A stretch of DNA of 64,000 bases from Eledone cirrhosa (lineage: Eukaryota). The stretch covers positions 17,794,001-17,858,000 of the forward strand of contig OZ024763.1 in assembly GCA_964016885.1 (NCBI GenBank), in the 5' to 3' direction. Each line of letters opens with the position of its first letter. Position 1 is the stretch's first letter. Positions 38,190 to 51,271 of this stretch are shown one piece after another. The notes under the pieces were generated by a model. It saw only the letters and a list, made by a program, of their open reading frames with translations. It made no database searches and had not been told where the DNA came from. The translations under genes and the position numbers were made by a program.

Positions 38190-38407
38190 GTTATTCCGGG
38201 TTGAATCGGAGGTAACCACAGTAAGTAAGGTACTCAATACATTGCAGAGTATAAAAGTTTTAATATAGATGAGATTCTACAGGACTAGAACTGTTTCATT
38301 CTTTAGAGACCTATAAATACCATACTTATTTTTTGATACCCAGATTCCTGATGATTTCTAAAGACTGAAACAGTTCTAGTCCTGTAGAATCTCATCTATA
38401 TTAAAAC
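38188..38407. mobile_element. Short fold-back element with degenerate hammerhead core (right arm duplicated at 38623-38710)
   Basis: 38257-38306 pairs with 38357-38407; CTGATGA..GAAA at 38348-38370. Confidence 0.6.
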
Positions 38408-38440
<33 letters not shown>

Positions 38441-38471
38441 GGCCATGCATATATATACATACATGTACATG

Positions 38472-38574
<103 letters not shown>

Positions 38575-38762
38575 ATCATAAAATATGTCTTTAGAATCAC
38601 TAGATATAATATAAACCATGGTAGATACTTATTTTTTGATACCCAGATTCCTGATGATTTCTAAAGACTGAAACAGTTCTAGTCCTGTAGAATCTCATCT
38701 ATATTAAAACTATATATATATATATATATTTATATATGGCCATGCATATATATACATACATG

Positions 38763-38816
<54 letters not shown>

Positions 38817-38817
38817 T

Positions 38818-38849
<32 letters not shown>

Positions 38850-39220
38850 CAAATGAGATTGTGTAGGTGTCACGACAAAAAACACACAGTCCACGCTGTA
38901 AATGTGGCCGTGTAGGCAACACGGTAAAAATCTCCCAGCCCCACACTGTAAATGTGGTTGGTGTTAGGAAGGGCATCCAGCTGTAGAAAACCCGCCAGAC
39001 AGTCCACGCTGTAATGTGGCCGTGTAGGCAACACGGTAAAAACCTCCCAGCCCCACACTGTAAATGTGGTTGGTGTTAGGAAGGGCATCCAACTGTAGAA
39101 AACCCGCCAGACAGTCCTATGCGAGCAAGACAACCACTCTTGCCTCAAGTGGGAAAACCCCCGTCCAAACCCATGCAAGCGTGGAACACGGACGCTAAAC
39201 CTGATGATGATGATGATGAT
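38850..39220 (+). mobile_element. RTE family C 3'UTR fragment with internal ~120-bp duplication
   Basis: Reverse complement of 6990-7236; (GAT)n tail. Confidence 0.85.
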
Positions 39221-39555
39221 CATAAAATATGTCTTTAGAATCACTAGATATAATATAAACCATGGTAGAGGTAATTTGGTATGTACACAATTCTTCTAAG
39301 CTCAATTTTTACACCTAATTGTGTTTGGTTGACTGTAGATCTGGTCGATTTCTACATGCTGTCGAAATGTTAGATAAATAATCTATCGTTGCCGCCGCGA
39401 AGGAGCTGCTTTCGGTTATTTGTCGGAGATTTCTTCATAGAAGCCTTTATTCTTATAGCTTTGTCTAATTGATTTTTTATATGGTTAATTATGCTAATTG
39501 GGAGAGGAAATGGTATATATTATATCTAGTGATTCTAAAGAGATATTTTATGATA
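39219..39555 (+). mobile_element. Family P1 copy with ~45-bp terminal inverted arms
   Basis: 39219-39263 pairs with 39510-39553; the body begins at hammerhead stem III ACCATGGTAGAGG. Confidence 0.7.
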
Positions 39556-39632
39556 TATAGCTCTGATTGTTTAATTTATTAACTTTTCATTGAGCCACAA
39601 CGTGACCTGTTGCAAAACACATATATATTTAT

Positions 39633-39683
<51 letters not shown>

Positions 39684-39803
39684 CATGCATATATATATAT
39701 ACATACATGTGTATGTATATATATATATATATACATGTATATGCATATATATGTGTGTCTGTGTATATATATATATATATGCCCATGCATATATATACAT
39801 ACA

Positions 39804-39854
<51 letters not shown>

Positions 39855-39930
39855 ATATATACACACACACACACATATATATACATATATATACATACAT
39901 GTATATATAAATATATATACATATATATAT

Positions 39931-39981
<51 letters not shown>

Positions 39982-40032
39982 CATGTATATATATATACAT
40001 TCAAGTATATATATATATATATATACATTCAA

Positions 40033-40089
<57 letters not shown>

Positions 40090-40252
40090 TACACATATAT
40101 ATATATATATATGTGTATCATTGTTATTACTATTACATTAAAATACATAACAATAGAGTTTATTAGATTTAGTTATTTTAACTAAAAATTCTAATTTCTA
40201 ATGTTTCAATCTAAATATTCTCATCTTTGTCCCTCTTATGACTTGATTAGGC

Positions 40253-40346
40253 GACCAATCAGGGCCGACCAATCAAGGTCGACCAATCAGGGTCGACCAA
40301 TCAGGGCCAACCAATCAGGGTCGACCAATCAGGGCCGACCAATCAG
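40253..40346 (+). repeat. 13-bp tandem repeat of a CCAAT box (7 copies)
   Basis: GACCAATCAGGG(C/T)C units. Confidence 0.85.
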
Positions 40347-40407
40347 TCGCTATTGTTCACAGAATTCTAATGTTTTACTTTTTCTTATATCTCCTCATGT
40401 TGTAAAG

Positions 40408-43400
40408 ATGTGTCTCTCGCTGTATGTGTGTGTGTGTGTGTGTGTGTCTCTCGCTCTATGTGTGTGTGTGTGTGTGTGTGTCTCTCGCTGTATGTGTGTG
40501 TGTGTCTGTGTCTCTCGCTGTATGTGTGTGTGTGTGTGTGTGTGTGTCTGTGGATGTGTGTGTGTCTCTCGCTGTATGTGTGTGTGTCTGTGTGGATGTG
40601 TGTCTCTCGCTGTATGTGTGTGTGTCTGTGTGGATGTGTGTCTCTCGCTGTGTGTGTGGATGTGTGTGTGTGGATGTGTGTCTCTCGCATGTGTCTGCGT
40701 GTCTGTGGATGTGTGTCTCTCGCTGTGTGTGTGTGCGTGTGTCTGTGTGTGTGCGTGTGTCTGTGGATGTGTGTGTGCGTGTGTCTGTAGATGTGTGTGT
40801 GTGTGGATGTGTGTCTCTCGCTGTATGTGTGTGCGTGTGTCTGTTGTTGTGTGTGTGTAGATGTGTCTCTCTCGCTGTATGTGTGTCCGTGTGTCTGTGG
40901 ATGTGTGTGTGTGTGTCTCTCGCTGTATGTGTGTGTGTTTGTGTGGATGTGTGTCTCTCACTGTATGTGTGTGTGTTTGTGTGGATGTGTGTCTCTCACT
41001 GTATGTGTGTGTGTCTGTGGATGTGTGTCTCTCGCTGTATGTGTGTGCGTGTGTCTGTGGATGTGTGTGTGTCTGGATGTGTGTCTCTCGCTGTATGTGT
41101 GTGCGTGTGTCTGTGGATGTGTGTGTGTCTGTGTGCCTGTGTGTGTGTGTATATGTATGTGTGCCTCTGTGTATGTGTGCCTGTGTGTGTGTCTGTGTGT
41201 GTATCCGTGCCTATGTGTGTGTCTGTTTGCCTATGTGTATATGTGTGTGTGTGCTTATGTGTATATGTGTGTGGGTGCCTCTGTGTATGTGTGTGCCTAT
41301 GTGTGTGTGTCTGTGTGCCTCTGTGTATGTGTGTATGTGTGCCTATGTGTGTGTGTGTGTGTGTGCCTTTGTGCATGTGTGTCTAACTGCCTCTGTGTGT
41401 GTCTGTGTGCCTGTGTGTATGTGCATGTGTGTCTAACTGCCTCTGTGTGTGTGTGTGTGTGTGTGTGCCTTTGTGCATGTGTGTCTAACTGCCTCTGTGT
41501 GTGTCTGTGTGCCTGTGTGTATGTGCATGTGTGTCTAACTGCCTCTGTGTGCCTGTGTGTGTGTGTGTGTGTGTGTGCCTGTGTGTGTGTGCATGTGTGT
41601 CTAACTGCCTCTGTGTGCCTGTGTGTGTGTGTGTGCCTGTGTGTGTGTGTGTGCCTGTGTGTGTGCCTATGTGTGTATGTGTGCCTGTGTGTGTGTGTGT
41701 GCCTGTGTGTGTGTGTGTGTGTGTGCATGTGTGTCTAACTGCCTGTGTGTGTGTGTGTGTGTGTGCCTGTGTGTGTGTGCATGTGTGTCTAACTGCCTCT
41801 GTGTGCCTGTGTGTGTGTGTGTGTGTGTGCCTGTGTGTGTGTGCATGTGTGTCTAACTGCCTCTGTGTGCCTGTGTGTGTGTGTGTGCCTGTGTGTGTGT
41901 GTGTGCCTGTGTGTGTGCCTATGTGTGTATGTGTGCCTGTGTGTGTGTGTGTGCCTGTGTGTGTGCCTGTGTGTGTGTGTGTGTGTGTGCATGTGTGTCT
42001 AACTGCCTCTGTGTGCCTGTGTGTGTGTGTGTGCCTGTGTGTGTGTGTGTGTGTGTGCATGTGTGTCTAACTGCCTCTGTGTGCCTGTGTGTGTGTGTGT
42101 GTGTGCCTGTGTGTGTGTGCATGTGTGTCTAACTGCCTCTGTGTGCCTGTGTGTGTGTGTGTGTGTGTGCCTGTGTGTGTGTGCATGTGTGTCTAACTGC
42201 CTCTGTGTGCCTGTGTGTGTGTGTGTGTGTGTGCCTGTGTGTGTGTGCATGTGTGTCTAACTGCCTCTGTGTGCCTGTGTGTGTGTGTGTGTGTGTGCCT
42301 GTGTGTGTGTGCATGTGTGTCTAACTGCCTCTGTGTGCCTGTGTGTGTGTGTGTGCCTGTGTGTGTGTGCATGTGTGTCTAACTGCCTCTGTGTGCCTGT
42401 GTGTGTGTGTGTGTGTGCCTGTGTGTGTGTGCATGTGTGTCTAACTGCCTCTGTGTGCCTGTGTGTGTGTGTGTGCCTGTGTGTGTGTGTGTGTGTGTGC
42501 ATGTGTGTCTAACTGCCTCTGTGTGCCTGTGTGTGTGTGTGTGTGTGTGCCTGTGTGTGTGTGCATGTGTGTCTAACTGCCTCTGTGTGCCTGTGTGTGT
42601 GTGTGTGTGTGTGCCTGTGTGTGTGTGCATGTGTGTCTAACTGCCTCTGTGTGCCTGTGTGTGTGTGTGCCTGTGTGTGTGTGTGTGCATGTGTGTCTAA
42701 CTGCCTCTGTGTGCCTGTGTGTGTGTGTGTGTGTGTGCCTTTGTGTATGTGCATGTGTGTCTAACTGCCTCTGTGTGCCTGTGTGTGTGTGTGTGCCTGT
42801 GTGTGTGTGTGTGTGTGTGCATGTGTGTCTAACTGCCTCTGTGTGCCTGTGTGTGTGTGTGTGTGTGTGCCTGTGTGTGTGTGTGTGTGTGTGCATGTGT
42901 GTCTAACTGCCTCTGTGTGCCTGTGTGTGTGTGTGTGTGTGTGCCTGTGTGTGTGTGTGTGTGTGTGCATGTGTGTCTAACTGCCTCTGTGTGCCTGTGT
43001 GTGTGTGTGCCTGTGTGTGTGTGTGTGTGTGTGCATGTGTGTCTAACTGCCTCTGTGTGCCTGTGTGTGTGTGTGTGTGTGTGCCTTTGTGTATGTGCAT
43101 GTGTGTCTAACTGCCTCTGTGTGCCTGTGTGTGTGTGTGCCTGTGTGTGTGTGCATGTGTGTCTAACTGCCTCTGTGTGCCTGTGTGTGTGTGTGTGCCT
43201 GTGTGTGTGTGCATGTGTGTCTAACTGCCTCTGTGTGCCTGTGTGTGTGTGTGTGTGTGTGCATGTGTGTCTAACTGCCTCTGTGTGCCTGTGTGTGTGT
43301 GTGTGCCTGTGTGTGTGTGCATGTGTGTCTAACTGCCTCTGTGTGCATGTGCGTGTGCCTGTGTGTGTGTGTGTGCCTGTGTGTGTGTGCATGTGTGTCT

Positions 43401-43616
43401 AACTGCCTCTGTGTGCCTGTGTGTGTGTGTGTGCCTGTGTGTGTGTGCATGTGTGTCTAACTGCCTCTGTGTGCATGTGCGTGTGCCTGTGTGTGTGTGT
43501 GTGCATGTGTGTCTAACTGCCTCTGTGTGCCTGTGTGTGTGTGCATGTGTGTCTAACTGCCTCTGTGTGCATGTGCGTGTGCCTGTGTGTGTGTGTGCCT
43601 CTGTGTGTGTGTGTGT
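40408..43616. repeat. GT-rich compound minisatellite with two successive core motifs
   Basis: GATGTGTGTCTCTCGCTGT cores to ~41100, then GCATGTGTGTCTAACTGCCTCT cores separated by variable (GT)n. Confidence 0.95.
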
Positions 43617-44379
43617 ACATATATACATATGCTAGCGTGGAAGAACGAACGTAAAACGGTGATGATGATGATGATGATGATATATATGTGTGTGTGCTTG
43701 TGTCTATTGTCCTCTGTGTGTGTGTGACTGGAAGTGTGTGTGTGTGAATTAGTGTGTGTGTGTGTGTATCAAAGAGATTGTGTGTATGTATGAGTACACA
43801 TATGTATACATACATACATATATATATATATACATGCATACACAGACATATATATACATGCATACACATACATATATATATATACATGAACACATACATA
43901 CATAAATGCATACACAGACATATATGTATACATACACAACACATATATACATACACACATATATATACATACACACACTTACATGCATATATATATATAT
44001 ATCTATACATGAACACATACATACATATATACATACACAGACATATATATACATGCATACACAACACATATATACATACACACACATACATGCATATATA
44101 TACATGAAACGCATACATATATATACAAACCTGCAAACACATTTATACAGTATTAATGATTAGTGAAAAGAAGACTAGTGCCAAACTAATGAGGAATCTA
44201 CAGATACACCACCTTGACTATACCTTTAGATTTTTGTACCTGTAATTATTGGGGCTCTTGGATACCTTACTTACTGTCTCAGTACAAATCTTGAGAAGCT
44301 GGGCTTCACAGAAAGAACACAGCTAGTTAGGAAGTTGTAAATGCAAATGTAAATATAGAGTAATGGAAATGCTAAAGGG

Positions 44380-46509
44380 TATTGTTCTTGAAATAAATAA
44401 TATCAAAATCTCATAGATTCGATATTATGTGAGGTAAAGCCTTTACTGTGGAAATACAATAGTATATACAGAGTAATGTAAATGTTATGTGAGATATTAT
44501 GTGAGGTAAAGCCTTTACTGTGGAAGTACAATAGTATATATAGAGTAATGTAAATGTTATGTGAGATATTATGTGAGGTAAAGCCTTTACCATGAAAATA
44601 CAATAGTATATACAGAGTAATGTAAATGTTATGTGAGATATTATGTGAGGTAAAGCCTTTACTGTGGAAGTACAATAGTATATATAGAGTAATGTAAATG
44701 TTATGTGAGATATTATGTGAGGTAAAGCCTTTACTGTGGAAGTACAATAGTATATATAGAGTAATGTAAATGTTATGTGAGATATTATGTGAGGTAAAGC
44801 CTTTACTGTGGAAATACAATAGTATATATAGAGTAATGTAAATGTTTTGTGAGATATTATGTGAGGTAAAGCCTTTACCATGAAAATACAATAGTGTATA
44901 TAGAGTAATGTGAATATTATGTGAGATATTATGTGAGGCAAAGCCTTTACTGTGGAAGTACAATAGTATATATAGAGTAATGTAAATGTTATGTGAGATA
45001 TTATGTGAGGCAAAGCCTTTACTGCGGGAATACAATAGTATATATAGAGTAATGTAAATGTTATGTGAGATATTATGTGAGGTAAAGCCTTTACTGTGGA
45101 AGTACAATAGTATATATAGAGTAAGGTAAATGTTTTGTGAGATATTATGTGAGGTAAAGCCTTTACTGTGAAAATACAATAGTATATATAGAGTAAGGTA
45201 AATGTTATGTGAGGTAAAGCCTTTACCATGAAAATATAATAGTATATATAGAGTAATGTAAATGTTATGTGAGATAAAGCCTTTACTGTGAAAATACAAT
45301 AGTATATATAGAGTAAGGTAAATGTTTTGTGAGATATTATGTGAGGTAAAGCCTTTACTGTGAAAATACAATAGTATATATAGAGTAAGGTAAATGTTAT
45401 GTGAGATAATTATGTGAGGTAAAGCCTTTACCATGAAAATATAATAGTATATATAGAGTAATGTAAATGTTATGTGAGATAAAGCCTTTACTGTGAAAAT
45501 ACAATAGTATATATAGAGTAAGGTAAATGTTTTGTGAGATATTATGTGAGGTAAAGCCTTTACTGTGAAAATACAATAGTATATATAGAGTAAGGTAAAT
45601 GTTATGTGAGATAAAGCCTTTACTGTGAAAATACAATAGTATATATAGTATAAGGTAAATGTTATGTGAGGTAAAGCCTTTACCATGAAAATATAATAGT
45701 ATATATAGAGTAATGTAAATGTTATGTGAGATAAAGCCTTTACGGTGAAAATACAATAGTATATAGAGAAAGGTAAATGTTTTGTGAGATATTATGTGAG
45801 GTAAAGCCTTTACTGTGAAAATACAATAGTATATATAGAGTAATGTTAATGTTATGTGAGATATTATGTGAGGGAAAGCCTTTACCATGAAAATATAATA
45901 GGATATATAGAGTAATGTAAATGTTATGTGAGATATTATGTGATATAAAGCCTTTACTGTGAAAATACAATAGTATATATAGAGTAATGTAAATGTTATG
46001 TGAGATATTATGTGAGATAAAGCCTTTACTGTGGAAATACAATAGTATATATAGAGTAAGGTAAATGTTTTGTGAGATATTATGTGAGGTAAAGCCTTTA
46101 CTGTGAAAATACAATAGTATATATAGAGTAATGTAAATGTTATGTGAGATATTATGTGAGATAAAGCCTTTTCTGTGGAAATACAATAGTATATATAGAG
46201 TAATGTAAATGTTATGTGAGATATTATGTGATATAAAGCCTTTACTGTGGAAATACAATAGTATATATAGAGTAAGGTAAATGTTTTGTGAGATATTATG
46301 TGAGGTAAAGCCTTTACTGTGAAAATACAATAGTATATAGAGAGTAATGTAAATGTTTTGTGAGATATTATGTGAGGTAAAGCCTTTACTGTGAAAATAC
46401 AATAGTATATATAGAGTAATGTAAATGTTTTGTGAGATATTATGTGAGATAAAGCCTTTACTGTGGAAATACAATAGTATATATAGAGTAATGTAAATGC
46501 TAAAGGGTT
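44380..46509. repeat. 72/60-bp satellite (~30 units) expanded inside a piggyBac-like MITE M1
   Basis: Unit equals the M1 3' internal segment; preceded by M1 sequence ATCAAAATCTCATAGATTCG; ends with M1 right TIR AATGCTAAAGGG. Confidence 0.9.
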
Positions 46510-47239
46510 GAGATAAACTGAAGACTCTCTCTAAGGAATTTCCTATCAGTATTGTTTGGTGTCTCATAAAGGAATGGGTCCAGTCAGTCTTTAATAGTTT
46601 GATCCCTATAGAATTTATAGGAGGGAATGTGTCGATCTAGAGTTTATTAGATTTGATCCCTATAAAATGTGATTTGTACAAAATTCCTTAATTTTCTAAC
46701 ATTTTTCATGACATATATACATACATAAATGCATATATATATATACACACACACACACATATATATATATGTATACATGCGCACATGTTTACACACATAA
46801 ATATGTATGTGTATATATATATATTTCTGTTTACTTTTTACACATATATATATATATTCACACATACACAAACTCATATCCTATGTTTCTATGTTTTTTT
46901 TTGGCTGGTTCTTTATTTTGGCTGGTTCTTTTTGTTATTATTTATGGTATAGAATCAATAAATCCTCTGAGTAAAAGAGAGAAAGGTGGAGGGGTGGTAG
47001 ACGGGTGGTTGGTATGAGTAAGGGTGGAGGAGGAGGTGTAGAAAGATGGCAGCAGCCAAAAGAGACGATAAAAAAAAAAAACGGAAAAACAAAAACAAAT
47101 TATATCATTTCTCCTCCCTTGACACAAGCTGTACCATAAGGGGTAAGTCTCTGATGTCATAGATAAATATATAAATAATATAGATATAGATTTATACATA
47201 GAGAGAGATGATAATGATATATATATATATATATATATA

Positions 47240-47566
47240 TCATCATCATCATCATTTCATTTTACGTCCGCTTTTTCCCTGCTTGCAAGGGTGGGACGGG
47301 AACTGATTCTGGCTTGATTTCTACAGCTGGATGCCCTTCCTAACACCAACCTCATTTACAGTGAGTGCTGGCACCTCCACGACCACTTTGCAGTGGAATG
47401 ATAGGGACCCCAGTCCCTATCATCTCATTTCTACAGCTGAGTAAACTGGAGCAATGTGGAATAAAGTCTCTTGCTCAAGGAAACAACACATCACCCGGTC
47501 TGAGAATTGAACTCACAACCTTTCGATTGCAAGGCCAATGCTCTAACCACTAAGCCATGTGCCTCC
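47240..47566 (-). mobile_element. SINE S1 (small internal deletion)
   Basis: Reverse complement of 14165-14512. Confidence 0.9.
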
Positions 47567-47596
47567 ATATATATATATATATATAAATATATATGT

Positions 47597-47813
47597 ATCA
47601 TCATCATCATCATTTTATGTCCGCTTTTCCCTGCTTGCAAGGGTGGGACGGGTCCTATTCAGCACAGCATCTCTCCACTCGTCACGGTCCCTCGTCATCT
47701 CTTCCATGAGCTTCAGCGATCTGAGGTCAGCTCTCACCACCTCCGCCCATGTTTTACGTGGTCTTCCTCTTCTGCGTCTTCCTTCTACTGGCATTTCCTG
47801 GCACTTCTTCACA
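47597..47813 (-). mobile_element. RTE family B 3' fragment
   Basis: [24 protein letters not shown]. Confidence 0.9.
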
Positions 47814-47819
47814 CATGTA

Positions 47820-47937
<118 letters not shown>

Positions 47938-47949
47938 ATATATATATAG

Positions 47950-47981
<32 letters not shown>

Positions 47982-48021
47982 CATATATATGATATATATA
48001 TATAGATATGTGTATATATAT

Positions 48022-48257
48022 AATTAAGTTAAAAATGTACATCCACATTTCTGGAGAATAGAGGAAAGGTGTTTCCTCGAAAACCAGTATGACTCTAAAA
48101 ACCGGTTTGTCTGTGTGTTTACATACAGAATAGCTGGACACTCACAGTAAAGTGTCCAGTGAAAAACTCGGTACATCTACATATGTACACGTGTGTGTAT
48201 TCATATGCATACTAGTATTTCAGTATACATATGTGGATGTACATTTTCAACTTAATT
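48022..48257. mobile_element. Short element with 27-bp terminal inverted arms and a degenerate hammerhead-like motif
   Basis: AATTAAGTTAAAAATGTACATCCACAT / ATGTGGATGTACATTTTCAACTTAATT; CTGGAGA-ATA-GAGGAAA(GGTG)TTTCCTC-GAAA at 48051-48082. Confidence 0.55.
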
Positions 48258-48321
48258 GTTTAAGCGTCAGTCATACAAAAGTGAGTTACAAACGAAACAA
48301 AATTTAATTTTGTTTCGTTAT

Positions 48322-48352
<31 letters not shown>

Positions 48353-48551
48353 ATATATATATATATATCATATATATATATATATGATATATATATATGT
48401 GTGTGTATATATATATATATATCATATATATATATGATATATAATATATAATAGCGTAGAAAATAGATGTTAAATGATGATGATATCATCATCATCATCA
48501 TTTAACATCTATTTTCCACGCCATTATATATTATATATCATATATATATAT

Positions 48552-48591
<40 letters not shown>

Positions 48592-48596
48592 TATAT

Positions 48597-48758
48597 ATCA
48601 TCATCATCATCATCGTTTAACGTCCATCTTCCACGCTTGCATGGGTTTGGACGGGAGTTTTCCCACTTGAGGCAAGAGTGGTTGTCTTGCTCGCATAGGA
48701 CTGTCTGGCGGGTTTTCTACAGCTGGATGCCCTTCCTAACACCAACCACGTTTACAGT
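48597..48758 (-). mobile_element. RTE family C 3'UTR stub
   Basis: Matches 6990-7143. Confidence 0.85.
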
Positions 48759-48775
48759 ATATATATATATATATG

Positions 48776-48811
<36 letters not shown>

Positions 48812-49126
48812 CTATATATATATATATATAACGGAGTAAAAGAAGGGCCCCCCTCAGTACATCCTTCTTGCTATTCTCTGGAAAAAAGGACCCTCTCGGC
48901 ACATCTCTCATGCGATCTACTAGGGTAAAAGGACCCTCGCTATTCTTTGAAAGGTGTGGGTATTCTTTGGATTTGAGGCCTCTTTTAGCATGTCTCTTTT
49001 GCTGTTGTTTGAAGGAAAGGACCCTCTCGCTATCCTTTGGGTTTGAACCCCCTTTTAGTAAGTCTTCTTTGCTGTTGTTGGAGGGAAATGGCCCTCCCAA
49101 TACATCACCTTCACTATCCTGTTGGT

Positions 49127-49540
49127 AAAATGACCCCTTCAGCACATCCCCCTCACTATCCTGTGGTTAAAATGACCCCTTCAGCACATCCCCCTCACTA
49201 TCCTGTGGTTAAAATGACCCCTTCAGCACATCACCCTCACTATCCTGTGGTTAAAATGGCCCCTTCAGCACATCCCCCTCACTATCCTGTGGTTAAAATG
49301 ACCCCTTCAGCACATCCCCCTCACTATCCTGTGGTTAAAATGGCCCCTTCAGCACATCCCCCTCACTATCCTGTGGTTAAAATGGCCCCTTCAGCACATC
49401 CCCCTCACTATCCTGTGGTTAAAATGACCCCTTCAGCACATCACCCTCACTATCCTGTGGTTAAAATGGCCCCTTCAGCACATCCCCCTCACTATCCTGT
49501 GGTTAAAATGACCCCTTCAGCACATCACCCTCACTATCCT
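49127..49540. repeat. 42-bp minisatellite, 10 copies
   Basis: Unit AAATG(A/G)CCCCTTCAGCACATC(C/A)CCCTCACTATCCTGTGGTTA. Confidence 0.95.
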
Positions 49541-49949
49541 TTGGGTTTGATGCCCCTTTTAGTAAGTCTTCTTTGCTGCTGTTTGAGGGAAAGGACTCCC
49601 TCAGCACATCTCTCCATCTTATCCTCCGAAGAAAATCCATTTTCCCATTTTACACACCAGAATTACGAAACAACAATAAAATAGATTGCAACTATATATA
49701 TGTTAATGAAATAAAAAAATAAAAAAATTTTTTTTTTTTTCTATCTCTCTCTCCATCCCCCCCACACACACACACCCCACCCCCAGCCCCCCATACACAC
49801 CAATTCTTCCAGTATTACAAACATTTGTTCATTAATGCTTCATGTTTGAAATAAACTAAACTCGGAAAAAAACATTTGTTTTTTTTTTTCCTGTCTATGT
49901 CTTCGAATTTCATTAGAAAATTATGTTCACTTGGAAACTTCCAAGTTAT

Positions 49950-49986
<37 letters not shown>

Positions 49987-50528
49987 GGTAGCCTCAGCCG
50001 AAATCGATTCAACAATTGATCTCCACGTGGGTCTGTCGTTCATTGCTGTTGCCAAATCCTGGATTTCAATACCAGAATCTCTGGAGATGACATCGGGATA
50101 GGAGAGCTTGTGACCACCCACCCCCTGTTATTAATGACTGCTTGTGGTTTCCAAAACACTAATGGGGACACAGCCTCATAGGTGGCACGATGGCAGTGGC
50201 CAGCAAATCAGGATAGGAGAGCTTGCACACCCTGTTATTAGTGACTGCTTGTGGTTTCCAAAGCACTAATGGGGACACAGCCTCATAGGTGGCACGATGG
50301 CAGTGGCCAGCAAATCAGGATAGGAGAGCTTGCACACCCTGTTATTAATGACTGCTTGTGGTTTCCAAAGCACTAATGGGGACACAGCCTCATAGGTGGC
50401 ACGATGGGAGTAGCCAGCAAATCAGGATAGGAGAGCTTGCACACCCCCTGTTATTAGTGACTGCTTGTGGTTTCCAAAGCACTAATGGGGACACAGCCTC
50501 ATAGGTGGCACGATGGGAGTGGCCAGCA
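49950..50528 (-). mobile_element. RTE family D 3' fragment with a ~107-bp segment repeated four times in tandem
   Basis: KLSYPDVISRDSG..; FAGHCHRATYEAVSPLVLWKP units at 50136, 50243, 50350, 50459; (CAT)n tail. Confidence 0.8.
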
Positions 50529-50536
50529 GATCTTAC

Positions 50537-50763
50537 TCTCCTTTTACATACAACGACAGATATGCATGGGGAGGCCGGCATATATTTCTTTCAAAGTCAG
50601 ATGTCGCCAGCTTATGTTCTGAATACATTGAAGTAAGCGAATGTGGATGCCAAGTTCTATATTCCATGTGTGTTCCATGTTCATTGAAAACAATTCCAGC
50701 AATTACACAAGTAGGCACTACTAAGCCAAACCTTTGTTCTTTATTTTCTTGCTCTTCATCAGA
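50537..50763 (-). CDS. Candidate internal coding exon of an unidentified host gene (227 nt, phase 0-2)
   Basis: Acceptor CTTAGTTTTAGTTTCCTTTGTAG|, donor GA|GTAAG; open frame SDEEQENKEQRFGLVVPTCVIAGIVFNEHGTHMEYRTWHPHSLTSMYSEHKLATSDFERNICRPPHAYLSLYVKG. Confidence 0.7.
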
Positions 50764-50881
50764 CTACAAAGGAAACTAAAACTAAGACTTTTAAAAATAA
50801 CATCACCATTGATATTTTCATTTACCACATTACTAACGAGGATACAAAAAATATGGACGTAAAAAAATATATATATATAAA

Positions 50882-51271
50882 TAATTGTTTCTACTTTAGG
50901 CACAAGGCCAGCAATTATCCCAGTGCATTACTGGTACTTTATTTTATCGACCCTGTAAGGATGAAAGGCAAAGTCAACCTATATATATATAAATAATAAT
51001 ATATAAATAATTGTTTCTACTTTTGGCACAAGGCCAGCAATTACCCAGTGTATTACTGGTACTTTATTTTATCGACCCCGTAAGGATGAAAGGCAAAGTT
51101 AACCTCGGCGGGATTTGAACTCAGAATGGCAAGGGCCGTAACTCTATATAATATATATAAATAATTGTTTCTACTTTAGGCACAAGGCCAGCAATTACCC
51201 CAGTACATTACTGGTACTTTATTTTATCGACCCCGTAAGGATGAAAGGCAAAGTTAACCTCGGCGGGATTT
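50882..51271 (-). mobile_element. Three tandem 5'-truncated SINE S2 copies
   Basis: TAATTGTTTCTACTTT(A/T)GGCACAAGGCCAGC at ~50882, 51008, 51162, separated by AT-rich spacers. Confidence 0.85.

Noticed and set aside
44403-46567. Repeat-protein-like ORFs (427, 272, 275 aa)
   Set aside because: The 72- and 60-bp units are multiples of three and derive from a non-coding MITE.
49037-49684. 215-aa Pro/His repeat protein
   Set aside because: Comes from a 42-bp minisatellite with a non-ATG start; no exon signals seen, although a coding role is not formally excluded.
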